DNA of 64,000 bases from Nemertoderma westbladi (taxonomy: Eukaryota > Animalia > Xenacoelomorpha). The DNA lies in contig JAUCBJ010001416.1 of assembly GCA_032718475.1 (NCBI GenBank), positions 1-64,000 on the forward strand, in the 5' to 3' direction. A program made the translations under genes and the position numbers. Of this stretch, positions 46,681-58,675 are shown in pieces (position 1 is the first letter of the stretch; each line of letters starts with the position of its first letter). Under the pieces are notes generated by a model. That model was not told the DNA's origin, did not search any database, and was given only the letters and a program-made list of their open reading frames with translations.

Positions 46681-46755
46681 ACTACTACTACTAGGATTGG
46701 CATGCTGCATTGCAGCTGCATTTTTAAGAATGCTGTGCCGGCTTATCGACAAAAT
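46681..46755 (-). mobile_element. RTE 3' tail fragment
   Basis: Matches 47925-48000 with (TAG)n tail. Confidence 0.85.
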
Positions 46756-46884
46756 GGTCTCAAAATGGTCTTTAACGCTGAATAATGAATAGTGTCCTTT
46801 TCAAACAACGTTGTTCAAATTGTGTTATATTATGTTAAATTATTCGCGATCTGAATGTTTAATCTGTCTAATTATGCCTAATGA

Positions 46885-46930
46885 GGGAGGAGCTAGCTCA
46901 GTTGGTTGAGCGCCGAGCCTACAATAGATG
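46885..46930 (+). mobile_element. tRNA-derived SINE head fragment
   Basis: A-box TAGCTCAGTTGGTTGAGCG with no T-arm or acceptor stem. Confidence 0.45.
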
Positions 46931-47924
46931 TAATGGATTTCTCGTGCTCCTTGGCACGATAAGCTCCAAAACGGCTTTGAATCTCAAAAAGGTTCCAGGT
47001 AGTGTTCAACTTTTGCTTAGTGTTTTGGTTTAACGGCTAACATAAAATATTTCCACCAGAACACGGTGCTTCAATAACAGGACTTGTTATTTAAGGACGT
47101 CCACAACTTTTTAATATAGTACAAAAACACAGTGATTTTCTGTTCATCCCAAATAATACGGATGATTCTAAATTAGGAAAACACTAGTAAAACAGTAAAA
47201 CACTAGGAAAACATAGGAAGAGTACTGTAAAACACACGGAAAACAGTGAAAATATTGATCAGCAGGGAATTTAACACATGTACTTCTCTGAATTGACAAT
47301 CCTAAATGTACTCCTCGCATAGCAGCCCTTAAGTAATCACCGTAAAACATAGGGAAAACACTATAAAAACACTATAAACCTTCCGGAAAACAGTGAAAAA
47401 ATTGATCAGCATTAAATTTTACCTATATGCTGCAAAAAAATAAATTGAAAGAGTCTAATACTGCCCAGAAAGCTTGTTGCCAGGCAACCAAAGAACTGTA
47501 ACCAATCAGCATACGGTGCAGTACTGTATCAGTACAGCAGTACTACTGTATCCTTGTTTTACCGGTCAGTTGGTAGAGGCGCAAAGTACCAGTATTGCTG
47601 TATTCTGGTAGGCCTATTACCTGATTACAGATTACAGTATTAGTGCTGTAGTGCAGTAGTGTAATGCTGTAATGTCCCATGGCTATGGCATCATCTCTGT
47701 AACCAGGCTGCCAGGCTGTCTTAATACTGTAATGCTTACCGGTACTACTCAGCTACTAAATATAGAAATATTTACAGCTTTAACTAACCCTAACAATACT
47801 GCAATATCTGAATACTGGAATACACTACTGCACTACAGCACTAATACTGTAATCTGTAATCAGGTAATAGGCCTACCAGAATACAGCAATACTGGTACTT
47901 TGCGCCTCTACCGACTGACCGGTA

Positions 47925-50132
47925 CTACTACTACTACTAGGATCGGCATGCTGCATTGCAGCTGAATTTTTAAGAATGCTGTGCCGGCTTGTCAACAAAA
48001 TTGCACCGCCACAACTCCCTATCACCCATGACATTTGCTAGATCATCCGCATCTTTAAGGCCAGTGTCCTTTAAGATGCGTCTCAAGAAAGTCATGTGCT
48101 GTCCACCATGCTTATTCACTCCATGAGGCTGCCAAAGTACAAGATTATGCACTGGCTGGTCCTCACGGCGAAAGCAATGTCCTGCAAAGCGGAGGCGATT
48201 TTGTTCTAGTGTCAAGCTTGGGGGAACCAATGAGACACCTCCAATGTTATATAGTGTCTGGTTGGAGATGTGTGCATTGTACTTGACACAATGAACCCGG
48301 CGTAGCATTCTTGTGAATGTGCCATCCAGAGATTTGGTGTCCTCAGCAGTTAGAGCCCAGCATGGACTCCCATAGAGGAGTACTGGAACTACTGCTGCTC
48401 TAAATAATCGGACCTTAAGTTTCCGATTAATTCTCGGTGACTTCCAAATCCTGGAAAGCCTATTCAAGGCTGCCCATGCCTTTCCCTTACGTATTCGAAG
48501 GTCCTCACCTGACTTCCGGATCCATGATCCCAGGTAACAGAAGTCGTCCACATGCTCAAGCATACCATCCTTTGAGCTTATGCTCATCCGATCAGAGACT
48601 TGCTGAGGACTTTCAAAGTTAACTGTCAGAATTTTGGTCTTTCTGGAGTTAATAAAAAGACCAACACTAGAAGCAGCATGTTCTAATGAGCTGAGGAGCC
48701 GTTGGGCTCCCTCTAATGATTCTGAGAGTACTCCTAAGTCATCAGCAAAGTCTAGATCAGTTAGGTACTTGGCAGGATTTCCTCGACTTCTGGAGCCAGT
48801 AGGTGGAGTTATCATCACCCCATCATCATTATGATGATCTAAGGACATGCGTAGAACATAGTCAACCACAATAATGAACAAGAATGGTGCAAGTGTGTCT
48901 CCTTGGAGGACGCCCCATAACACTTCAAATGGTTCTGTGTCACCGTCAACAGTAGACACAAATGTTGTCAAACCATCGTATACTGATCTGATTGCTGCAA
49001 TAATTTCATCAGGAATCCCATATAATGAAAGTATGCTGAACATACGTGAGCGAGAGACTGAATCAAAGGCCTTGAAGAAGTCAACAAAGATAACAGCCAG
49101 ATGCCTGTCTTCCTTTTTTGATAATTCTTCAATTATCCTTCTAAGTGCCAAAATGGGCTCCATGGTCCCACGACCTTTACGGAACCCATTCTGATTTCCA
49201 CGGAGCAGTCTCTCAATGGGATCCCTGATGCGATTTAATAGAATCCTATTGTATAGCTTTGCAGCAATCGAGATCAATGAGATTCCCCGAAAAGAACCAT
49301 AGAGTGTTAGGTTGCCCTTCTTGGGAACTGGCACCAACTTATTTGTTTTCATTTCTTGTGGGACTCTTGTTGTACCATCTACTCCACTGGCACGATTGGT
49401 CTTAATGCTCTTTGCAGCAGCCTTCACTTCTGCAAAGGAGATATCGCCAATGGGAATATCTGGGAGTACAGACTCAGACACCTTTACTTCTATAAAGTTA
49501 TCAGGCAATACCCTGTCATTATTGAGGAGCTTTTCAAAGTGGGCTTTCCAACCATTGAGGCGATCGGCTGGTGATTCAGCCTTAACCTTGGTGGTTGGTT
49601 GGCTTTTCCGCCCAGTAAGCAGATTGATCGATTTCCATGCCTGGGATGATTGCCTGCTGTCGTCAGCATCATTGATGGCATCAACCTGTTGGTTTATTAG
49701 CTCCTGTAGATTAACAGAGTACTGCCTGTTCAGGGACCTAGATGCAGCCTTAACTGCATTCTTGGCCGCTGTAGTCTGTTTGAGTCGGGACTCTTTCTGT
49801 GCCTTATGAAGGTCATTTCGGCACTTTTGAATTTTGTTGTCAGTCCAGGGGGCCCTTTTCCTGTTTCGAGGGTATACAGGAACTGTTTCTGCAGCTGCTA
49901 ACTTAACTGCTTCTGTAAAGGCAGTATAGCCCTCACAGTGATCTGCCGCCTCAGAGGCAAGAGCCTCATACCTGTTGCTCAGCTGTAGTGTGAAGCTGGA
50001 TCTCACACTTGGCTGTTGCAACAGAGAGGACCAGTCATGCCGCGGCAAGGCAGATTTCGTTGTTCTGCTAGCACGCAGACTAAGTCTTACCTTGGCCACA
50101 ATAAGGCGGTGATCACTGGAGAAGGGTCGAAG
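47925..50132 (-). mobile_element. RTE-clade LINE, 5'-truncated, (TAG)n tail
   Basis: Starts at the end of the APE domain (SDHRLIVAK); flanked by a 638-bp direct duplication. Confidence 0.92.
47970..50099 (-). CDS. RTE reverse transcriptase ORF (partial)
   Basis: PVPKKG, FRGISL, NQNGFR, FVDFFKAFDSV, GVLQGDTLAP, FADD, YLGS. Confidence 0.92.
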   Translation of the reverse strand: MAKVRLSLRASRTTKSALPRHDWSSLLQQPSVRSSFTLQLSNRYEALASEAADHCEGYTAFTEAVKLAAAETVPVYPRNRKRAPWTDNKIQKCRNDLHKAQKESRLKQTTAAKNAVKAASRSLNRQYSVNLQELINQQVDAINDADDSRQSSQAWKSINLLTGRKSQPTTKVKAESPADRLNGWKAHFEKLLNNDRVLPDNFIEVKVSESVLPDIPIGDISFAEVKAAAKSIKTNRASGVDGTTRVPQEMKTNKLVPVPKKGNLTLYGSFRGISLISIAAKLYNRILLNRIRDPIERLLRGNQNGFRKGRGTMEPILALRRIIEELSKKEDRHLAVIFVDFFKAFDSVSRSRMFSILSLYGIPDEIIAAIRSVYDGLTTFVSTVDGDTEPFEVLWGVLQGDTLAPFLFIIVVDYVLRMSLDHHNDDGVMITPPTGSRSRGNPAKYLTDLDFADDLGVLSESLEGAQRLLSSLEHAASSVGLFINSRKTKILTVNFESPQQVSDRMSISSKDGMLEHVDDFCYLGSWIRKSGEDLRIRKGKAWAALNRLSRIWKSPRINRKLKVRLFRAAVVPVLLYGSPCWALTAEDTKSLDGTFTRMLRRVHCVKYNAHISNQTLYNIGGVSLVPPSLTLEQNRLRFAGHCFRREDQPVHNLVLWQPHGVNKHGGQHMTFLRRILKDTGLKDADDLANVMGDRELWRCNFVDKPAQHS

Positions 50133-52736
50133 TCTGAATTGACAATCCTAAATGTACTCCTCGCATAGCACCCCTTAAGTAATCACCGTAAAACATAGGG
50201 AAAACACTATAAAAACACTATAAACCTTCCGGAAAACAGTGAAAAAATTGATCAGCATTAAATTTTACATATATGCTGCAAAAAAATAAATTGAAAGAGT
50301 CTAATACTGCCCAGAAAGCTTGTTGCCAGGCAACCAAAGAACTGTAACCAATCAGCATACGGTGCAGTACTGTATCAGTACAGCAGTACTACTGTATCCT
50401 TGTTTTACCGGTCAGTTGGTAGAGGCGCAAAGTACCAGTATTGCTGTATTCTGGTAGGCCTATTACCTGATTACAGATTACAGTATTAGTGCTGTAGTGC
50501 AGTAGTGTAATGCTGTAATGTCCCATGGCTATGGCATCATCTCTGTAACCAGGCTGCCAGGCTGTCTTAATACTGTAATGCTTACCGGTACTACTCAGCT
50601 ACTAAATATAGAAATATTTACAGCTTTAACTAACCCTAACAATACTGCAATATCTGAATACTGGAATACACTACTGCACTACAGCACTAATACTGTAATC
50701 TGTAATCAGGTAATAGGCCTACCAGAATACAGCAATACTGGTACTTTGCGCCTCTACCGACTGACCGGTAAAACAAGGATAGTACTGCTGTACTGATACT
50801 GCACCGTATGCTGATTGGTTACAGTTCTTTGGTGGCCTGGCAACAAGCTTTCTGGGCAGTATTAGACTCTTTCAATTTATTTTTTTGCAGCATATACAGA
50901 TATAGGTAAAATTTAATGCTGATCAATTTTTTCACTGTTTTCCGGAAGGTTTATAGTGTTTTTATAGTGTTTTCCCTATGTTTTACGGTGATTACTTAAG
51001 GGGTGCTACTGTATGCGAGGAGTACATTTAGGATTGTCAATTCAGAGAAGTACATGTGTTAAATTTCCTGCTGATCAATATTTTCACTGTTTTCCGGGTG
51101 TTTTACAGTACTTTTCTTATGTTTTCCTAGTGTTTTACCGTTTTACTAGTGTTTTCCTAATTTAGAACTATCCAAATAATACTGTATATTGCTTCCTTCT
51201 AAACAAATGAAATGGGGTACTTTGGGTCCGTTAGGATCCAAAGTATAGCCCCTAAATAATCCAAAAATGCATAGAAAAATATACCGTATTTTTAGCCGTT
51301 TTGTTTTGCTAAAAATACGTCGGAAAAAATATACAAATAAATGGCAAAGAAAATCTGATAATAATCAATTGTTATAATATAAATAAAAAGTCTATAGAGC
51401 GTCGAAAATCATGGATAAGTCGTAATAAACTTGGTGCAGCTTCACGCTATTGGAACTTGGCGATAGTGCAGAACACCAGGTTAATGTCTGAGTCCAAACA
51501 GGGGTGGTACCGATTAGACTTAAATGGTTAGCTGCAATTTGCTCTCAGACCATACAGTTTTATTTGGGCGAACCGGGAATAAACGTATGGCCTGCGGACA
51601 GTGCACCAGCACTATCGTGAGTGAGAGAGCCGAGCCAATGGAGACGCAGCCACTTTGCCGACAAGAACTGAATAAGTTGATCCTTGGACGAACTAAACAG
51701 CTAGTAGGCAAGAGTAAGCACACAAGCATTCTGGGCTAGATTAGCCAGTAAACTCAAACCAACGGCGGAATCGTCTTGCGTTCCTGGCAATCGCAAAGCC
51801 TTTCGCAGGCCCGACCCAGCAACAAAGACGGCCCCAACTTGGAACAGAGCTGACTTCTAAGCTAAACTTTTGCTGTACTGAGGAGCAGAGCTCACCGCGC
51901 AGGCAGCTGGGTTGAAGACTCTTGTTTTTTGTCCCGATGCGGCCTTATTTATAACCCGATTTGGGGTTAATATGGAGTTGACCCCTAATTATCACCTGCG
52001 CGCAGGCGTACTTTCTGGGCAGAGACTTTACGTTCAAACCATGTTAAAATATGATTACTCATTATAATAGACTAATTAATATTGGTGCCTGGATGGAGTT
52101 TTGAAGGTGACTAGACAATCACTCCCTACTGGCTACTGCTATTGGGTGGTGGCAGTAGGTTCTGTACTGGGGGGCCGGTGTCAGGGAAGGGATGTATTGG
52201 ATAACAATGGACCCTTGATGGTACCCTGGATGGAGTGTATTGGACGGACAAGGCAGGGCTTGGCACGCCTGCCACGACTTGGATAATATTCTGAGAAGAA
52301 TATTGCGTCGATTATTTCTGAGATGAATATTACAACTGGATAAGAAAGGGGGAATAATTATGTTGTAATTATTTCGTTTTTAAAATCAGAGTCCCGAGGA
52401 AGTGTATTTTGTATGTTTGCCTACGGAGGCGCGAAAAATCGATTACATTAGAGGAGTAGCGCCCACCCCTTCCATCTGTTTGCATGATTGAATGTTTAAT
52501 GATTAGCTTCAATACTTTAATGTTAATAAATAATAATAAAATTCATATCATTTTTATGCAATCCATTACAGTTACTATAACAACAGCTGCACAGTAAATA
52601 GTCTTACACTAAACCTACAATGGCTAAATACAAGTAAATATGTACATAAATATTGTTAATGATTTTTATTCTAAATAGTAAACAAATCTTTCATAATCGA
52701 CTCCGAAATCATACAAACTAATACACAGCCGCAGTT

Positions 52737-53069
52737 ATGGCCAATTCATCACAACGTTCTGGAGTGTCTGAATACTTGTCAGCGCGATCGCAATTCTCCG
52801 AAACAACATCAGTGGGGAGAATTCCTATTGAAGAGATGAGGCGCGAAAGAAGAAGAAGCATAAATTCTATGACCGGGGAAACGAAAACAGAAGAATACGA
52901 ACGTCGTGAAAACATACGTTCGGTTCTAAATGTGGTGGTCGGGTTTATTTTATTGTCTCTAGTAATAACGGGCTTCGTTTTGTACCACAGCGATAAATCC
53001 GGTGGCAATAGGGTAAAGAATTCTGGAGGTTTCTTAAAGTTCCGTATAAAGTATCATTTTATATTTTAA
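52737..53069 (+). CDS. Possible first exon of a single-pass (type II) membrane protein
   Basis: ATG start, charged N-terminus, one hydrophobic helix VLNVVVGFILLSLVITGFVLY; no downstream exon found. Confidence 0.45.
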   Translation: MANSSQRSGVSEYLSARSQFSETTSVGRIPIEEMRRERRRSINSMTGETKTEEYERRENIRSVLNVVVGFILLSLVITGFVLYHSDKSGGNRVKNSGGFLKFRIKYHFIF

Positions 53070-54325
53070 TATTAATTAATGTAATGATGTACTTTTTGCT
53101 TAGTAATATCACCACTGACTTCATTGCAACATTTTTCAAAAAAATATTGTGTTCTAGAACATTAGCTAATTGACTAGCTAGTAATTTTTCAAAACATTAT
53201 TTGTTATATATTAACATTTTTTTTTGAAATTTCTAAAAATACTGCAATTTTTTTGTGTTCTAGAACATTAGCAGATATGTTTTTTATGGTACAGTAGCTA
53301 GTGTATTTTTACTAGCTATTATTATTTGTAATTATAAAAAAATGTGAAAACATTTATATAATTTATATTTCATGTTTAAACTGTTGCAGAATATATTAAT
53401 GACAAACAATATTGAGGAGATTATAGCAGTTTACATTTTTTACATGTTCACTTTTTCGCTCGAATATACCCCAAAAACGGGAGAAAAGTTTCACTTTTTT
53501 CCCTAGGGGAAGAAAGTAATCAATAGGAATGCATGATTTTACTTTTATACCGGCGAGAAATGTAAAGTAAAATATTTTTGGTGGAATTTTTTAAATTTTA
53601 ATACATGTGGTGAAAGGGCATCGACGTAGAAAAGGTGTGAAAGTAATTTGAGCAAAATCCATTCACACACTCAAAAGTTATTGCAAATTTAGTGTCTGCG
53701 CGGCGTACACCAAAACGGAACTCAATATCCAATATTAGTTTATGTAGTTAAGCGGCTCTCCAGTTACGTAATAAATATTCGAGAACACTAAATTATTTAA
53801 CATTAAGTAAGGCAGCATTGAGAGTTGAAGAGTACAATAATTTGAATCGCTGTAACTATGGAAGCAATGTAGTAAAATACTGCAGTTCAATTTAGTTTGT
53901 AACACTACTGTACTGTAGTATATCGCTATGTTTTATTATAGAATTTAACAACAAAAAGTACCAATTTAAGAATAAAATTACGTATTACATGGGAAAAAAA
54001 CGTAGAACTTTTTTTTAATATTCTTTCGACCCTTTATTAGTAAATAAAATGCCTCAAGAATAATGAAAGAAAAGTTCTACTTTTTTTCCATGTAATAAAT
54101 AATTAATGTTATAAAAATATAGTTTTTTTTATTACTAGCCATTTTAAATTTGAAAAATGTCTAGCTATATGTTCTAGAACATTATATTTTTTATTTTATT
54201 TATGTTCTAGAATAGAGTATAATAATTATATTTTGTTCTAGAATTCTACAATGTTGCCATGGTAACAATGATTAATGTTATAAAAATGCGACTACATACG
54301 GAAATGTACGGAACTGGAACTGTAA

Positions 54326-55611
54326 GGCTGCGTATACACCAGTGTTGGCGTGTCACGTGTCACGATTGATGGTTGACGGTTTACGCGTGAAATTTGAAAT
54401 GAACAACCTGTGTTGACGTGTCACTTGTCACGGTTGGCGGTTTACGGGTTACTTTTTCATGGTGCTCATTAATTCTAAAACGCCAACACTTATTAACATA
54501 ACATTGGATATGCATATACCGTTTTAAATGTTGGTGGTTTTGTGTTGGTGTGTTGACGTTTACGTGTCACGCTTTGGCGGGTAATGTGTTTTTATTTGAG
54601 GAATGAGCATGTTCATTATTTGTAATACGGCAACACTTCAAAATGAAGCAAATTAAATAAAACGTGAAATCTTTCATAGATATTTAGAGATTCTATACTC
54701 CAATTTGTAGTAATAATAATTAATTAATTGAGGAATAAATATTAATTTTATATATTATTTATAATTTGCAATCTGTTAATGCGAGTTTATTTCAATACTA
54801 GGATGGAGTTGTATGAAATAAATTAAATAAATAAAATTATGATTTATTATCTTTTTACTTGGATACTTTTTACTTTTGGTAAGTTGGATGATTATGAACA
54901 TGAACTTATAGAAATTGTTCGTAATAAGCCATTGTTGTGGGATGTTGTCATAACGATTATAAACATAAGGAGCAAAGAGCGCAAGTGTGGATTTATGTTG
55001 ATAGTAAATTAAACCCCCAAGAAAAGGTTAGTTTGGTACTACAACTGTTTTTTGGTAAAATTTTGAGCGTAATTGATAAGAACACCTCATCGTCTTTATT
55101 ATCCATTAAATGGGCAAAAGTCCTGGCAAATTCCCCAAGATGTTCTCTATGCAAGAAAATATCTCTTACCCATATCCTAGGCCGATTCCGGCGTTTCTTT
55201 CTCCCAACCAAAAGAAAAAATACCATTTCTAACTCGTCTTCTTCCATTATTAAACATACACATTTTCAAGGATTAAATATTATCTATTTATTACATTAGT
55301 TCGGGTACTTAGATAATTGATTGTTTAAATAATTGCACTACTATTAATTACTGGTACCACATGTGGAACAGTGGTGCCCCGACTGCCCGGAAAAATTCCA
55401 AACTTGTGTTCTATATAGTATACAATTACGATATTTTCGCCACATCACAGTTGTTCTAGAACTGAGAACTTAGGACAACACGAATATATAAAATAAAATC
55501 CGTCAACAGTGACACGTGACACGACAACACTGTTGTATACGGGCTAAATTTCGTCAACAGTGACTCGTAAACCGTCAACCGTGACACGTCAACACTGGTG
55601 TATACACAACC
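54326..55611. mobile_element. PIF/Harbinger internally deleted element
   Basis: TIRs GGCTGCGTATACACCAGTGTTG / CAACACTGGTGTATACACAACC after TAA; MADF remnant ELIEIVRNKPLLWD..YKHKEQRAQVW (+) converging on transposase N-terminus RIWVRDIFLHREHLGEF (-). Confidence 0.85.
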
Positions 55612-56356
55612 AAATAATACAATATATCATAACAATATAACATATAGCTTGTTTTTTTAATTTTAAAATAGCTCGTAAATTATAAAAAAAATTATTTTTA
55701 AGTAGGTTTCTGAATACATTTAGATTATTAGTGATTATATAGAGTTTTTGTATACTGATGTAACTAATTAGTATTTATCCATTAAGTATTTTGTTGGCCT
55801 TTGTTGGCCTTATCTCATGGAATCCGTTGAATTTTCCTTTTCTTATCTGTCGCATCCACATGTATTCTGTAAGTTTTTCGGATAATTTATCTTCTTAGTT
55901 TATGCACTCATCCCTCACACAAAGCTCTGGTGTCCTATATTTTGCTTATTTTTCTCCGTACCTTGTCTTTTAGTAGCTTTAATTTGACTTTTGTGCATTT
56001 CGCACATTTTTTTTTAAGATCTAGCAATTTTAAATTGGAAAAATAACTAGCTATATGTTATAGAACATTATATTTTTTATTTTGTTTAGGTTCTAGAGGA
56101 GTTTTATTATTTATATTTTCTATTTATTATTTATTATATATTTATATTTTGTTCTAGAACTCTAAAATGTTGCAATGGTAACAATGATTTATTTTATAAA
56201 AATGTAGTGCTGTACGGAACTGTTACCAAAAAAAATACTAGCTATTTAAATCACTAGTTACCTTATCAATTAATATCTAGTAATGTTTCAGAACAATAAT
56301 CAATTTTAAAACATACAAATAACCTATGAAATGACATGGAGAGAAAATGTAGGGAG

Positions 56357-58272
56357 GAAGAACTAGTGGGGTGAAATGCGGAACTAGTGGGGAGGAGTAC
56401 GGAACTAGTGGGGAGGAGTACGGAACTAGTGGGGATGAGTACGGAACTAGTGGGGAGGAGTACGGAACTAGTGGGGAGGAGTACGGAACTAGTGGGGAGG
56501 AGTACGGAACTAGTGGGGAGGATTACGGAACTAGTAGGGAGGAGTACGGAACTAGTGGGGAGGAGTACGGTACTAGTGGGGAGGAGTACGGAACTAGTGG
56601 GGATGAGTACGGAACTAGTGGGGATGAGTACGGAACTAGTGGGGAGGAGTACGGAACTAGTGGGGAGGAGTACGGAACTAGTGGGGAGGAGTACGGAACT
56701 AGTGGGGAGGATTACGGAACTAGTAGGGAGGAGTACGGAACTAGTGGGGAGGAGTACGGAACTAGTGGGGAGGATTACGGAACTAGTAGGGAGGAGTACG
56801 GAACTAGTGGGGAGGAGTACGGTACTAGTGGGGAGGAGTACGGAACTAGTGGGGAGGAGAACGGAACTAGTGGGGAGGAGTACGGAACTAATGGGGAGGA
56901 GTACGGAACTAGTGGGGAGGAGTACGGAACTAGTGTGGAGGAGTACGGAACTAGTGTGGAGGAGTACGGAACTAGAGGGGAGGAGTACGGAACTAGTGGG
57001 GAGGAGTACGGAACTAGTGGGGAGGAGTACAGAACTAGTGGGGAGGAGAACGGAACTAGTGTGGAGGAGTACGGAACTAGTGGGGAGGAGTACGGAACTA
57101 ATGGGGAGGAGTAGGGAACTAGTGGGGAGGAGTACGGAACTAGTGGGGAGGAGTACGGAACTAGTGGGGAGGAGTACGGAACTAGTAGGGAGGAGTACGG
57201 AACTAATGGGGAGGAGTACGGAACTAGTGGGGAGGAGTACGGAACTAGTGGGGATGAGTACGGAACTAGTGGGGAGGAGTACGGAACTAGTGGGGAGGAG
57301 TACGGAACTAGAGGGGAGGAGTACGGAACTAGTGGGGAGGAGTACGGAACTAGTGGGGAGGAGTACAGAACTAGTGGGGAGGAGAACGGAACTAGTGGGG
57401 AGGAGTACAGAACTAGTGGGGAGGAGTACAGAACTAGTGGGGAGGAGTACGGAACTAGTGGGGAGGAGTACGGAACTAGTAGGGAGGAGTACGGAACTAA
57501 TGGGGAGGAGTACGGAACTAGTGGGGAGGAGTACGGAACTAGAGGGGAGGAGTACGGAACTAGTGGGGAGGAGTACGGAACTAGTGTGGAGGAGTACGGA
57601 ACTAATGGGGAGGAGTAGGGAACTAGTGGGGAGGAGTACGGTACTAGTGGGGAGGAGTACGGAACTAATGGGGAGGAGTAGGGAACTAGTGGGGAGGAGT
57701 ACGGTACTAGTGGGGAGGGGTACGGAACTAGTGGGGAGGAGTACGGAATTAGTGGGGAGGAGTACGGAACTAGTGGGAGGAGTACGGAACTAGTGGGGAG
57801 GAGAACGGAACTAGTGGAGAGGAGTACGGAACTAGTGGGAGGAGTACGGAACTAGTGGGGAGGAGAACGGAACTAGTGGAGAGGAGTACGGAACTAGTGG
57901 GAGGAGTACGGAACTAGTGGAGAGGAGTACGGAACTAGTGGGGAGGAGTACGGAACTAGTAGGGAAGAGTACGGAACTAGTGGGGAGGAGTACGGTACTA
58001 GTGGGGAGGAGTACGGAACTAGTAGGGAAGAGTACGGAACTAGTGGGGAGGAGTACGGTACTAGTGGTGAGGGGTACGGAACTAGTGGGGAGGAGTACGG
58101 AATTAGTGGGGAGGAGTACGGAACTAGTGGGAGGAGTACGGAACTAGTGGGGAGGAGAACGGAACTAGTGGAGAGGAGTACGGAACTAGTGGGAGGAGTA
58201 CGGAACTAGTGGGGAGGAGTGTCCGGAACTAGTGGGGAGGAGAACGGAACTAGTGGGGAGGATTACGGAACT
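56357..58272. repeat. G-rich minisatellite, 21-bp unit GGAACTAGTGGGGAGGAGTAC
   Basis: About 90 tandem copies, strong purine strand bias. Confidence 0.97.
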
Positions 58273-58339
58273 TGTACGTAATTAATTATTAACTATTTAT
58301 TTTGTGCTATGTGCTATGACCACTGAGCTAAAATGATGT

Positions 58340-58413
58340 ACTTTCTGCCACTAAAATAGAGGTAGAAAGACTTTCTGCCACTAAAATAGAGGTAGAAAGA
58401 CTTTCTGCCACTA
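58340..58413. repeat. 30-bp tandem repeat x2.4
   Basis: ACTTTCTGCCACTAAAATAGAGGTAGAAAG. Confidence 0.8.
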
Positions 58414-58675
58414 TTTAAGTGGCATCCACAAAGTAATAATAGTGCTGTTTTTTTTTACAAAATTTAGTAAAAAAAGTGGATTTTATAGATAAAAAAACTT
58501 TCCAAAAATTCTAGAAAATTAGCTGAACGGTAAGTTATTATTTAAAAATTATAAATATTTGTTATGATTTTATAATAATAGCTAATCAGATAATTTTCAA
58601 CATTTTTGGAAAAAAGTTGTCACTAAGCTGGTATTACAGCGTACAAAATACAGTACCACAGTAAAGTACTACTGT

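Larger units (their letters stand above)
47160..51173. mobile_element. Mutator-like foldback element (~500-bp arms) carrying an RTE insertion
   Basis: GGAT..TTCTAAATTAGGAAAACAC termini inverted; 9-bp TSD AAATAATAC at 47151-47159 and 51174-51182. Confidence 0.85.

Noticed and set aside
46885-46960. tRNA gene
   Set aside because: Only a D-arm/A-box; no T-arm or acceptor pairing
48437-49809. Plus-strand ORFs over the RTE
   Set aside because: Antisense shadows of the RT ORF
47672-50796. Duplicated 92-97-aa ORFs (MSHGYGIISV...)
   Set aside because: Lie in the foldback centre and are duplicated by the RTE target duplication; no protein features
51450-52290. GC-richer segment with short ORFs
   Set aside because: No recognisable domain, termini or TSD; possibly a retroelement UTR but unsupported
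56371-58147. Repeat proteins GTSGEEY/STELVGR as real genes
   Set aside because: 21-bp unit lacks stops by composition; no unique domains; 20-bp units break frame; retained only as a low-interest finding
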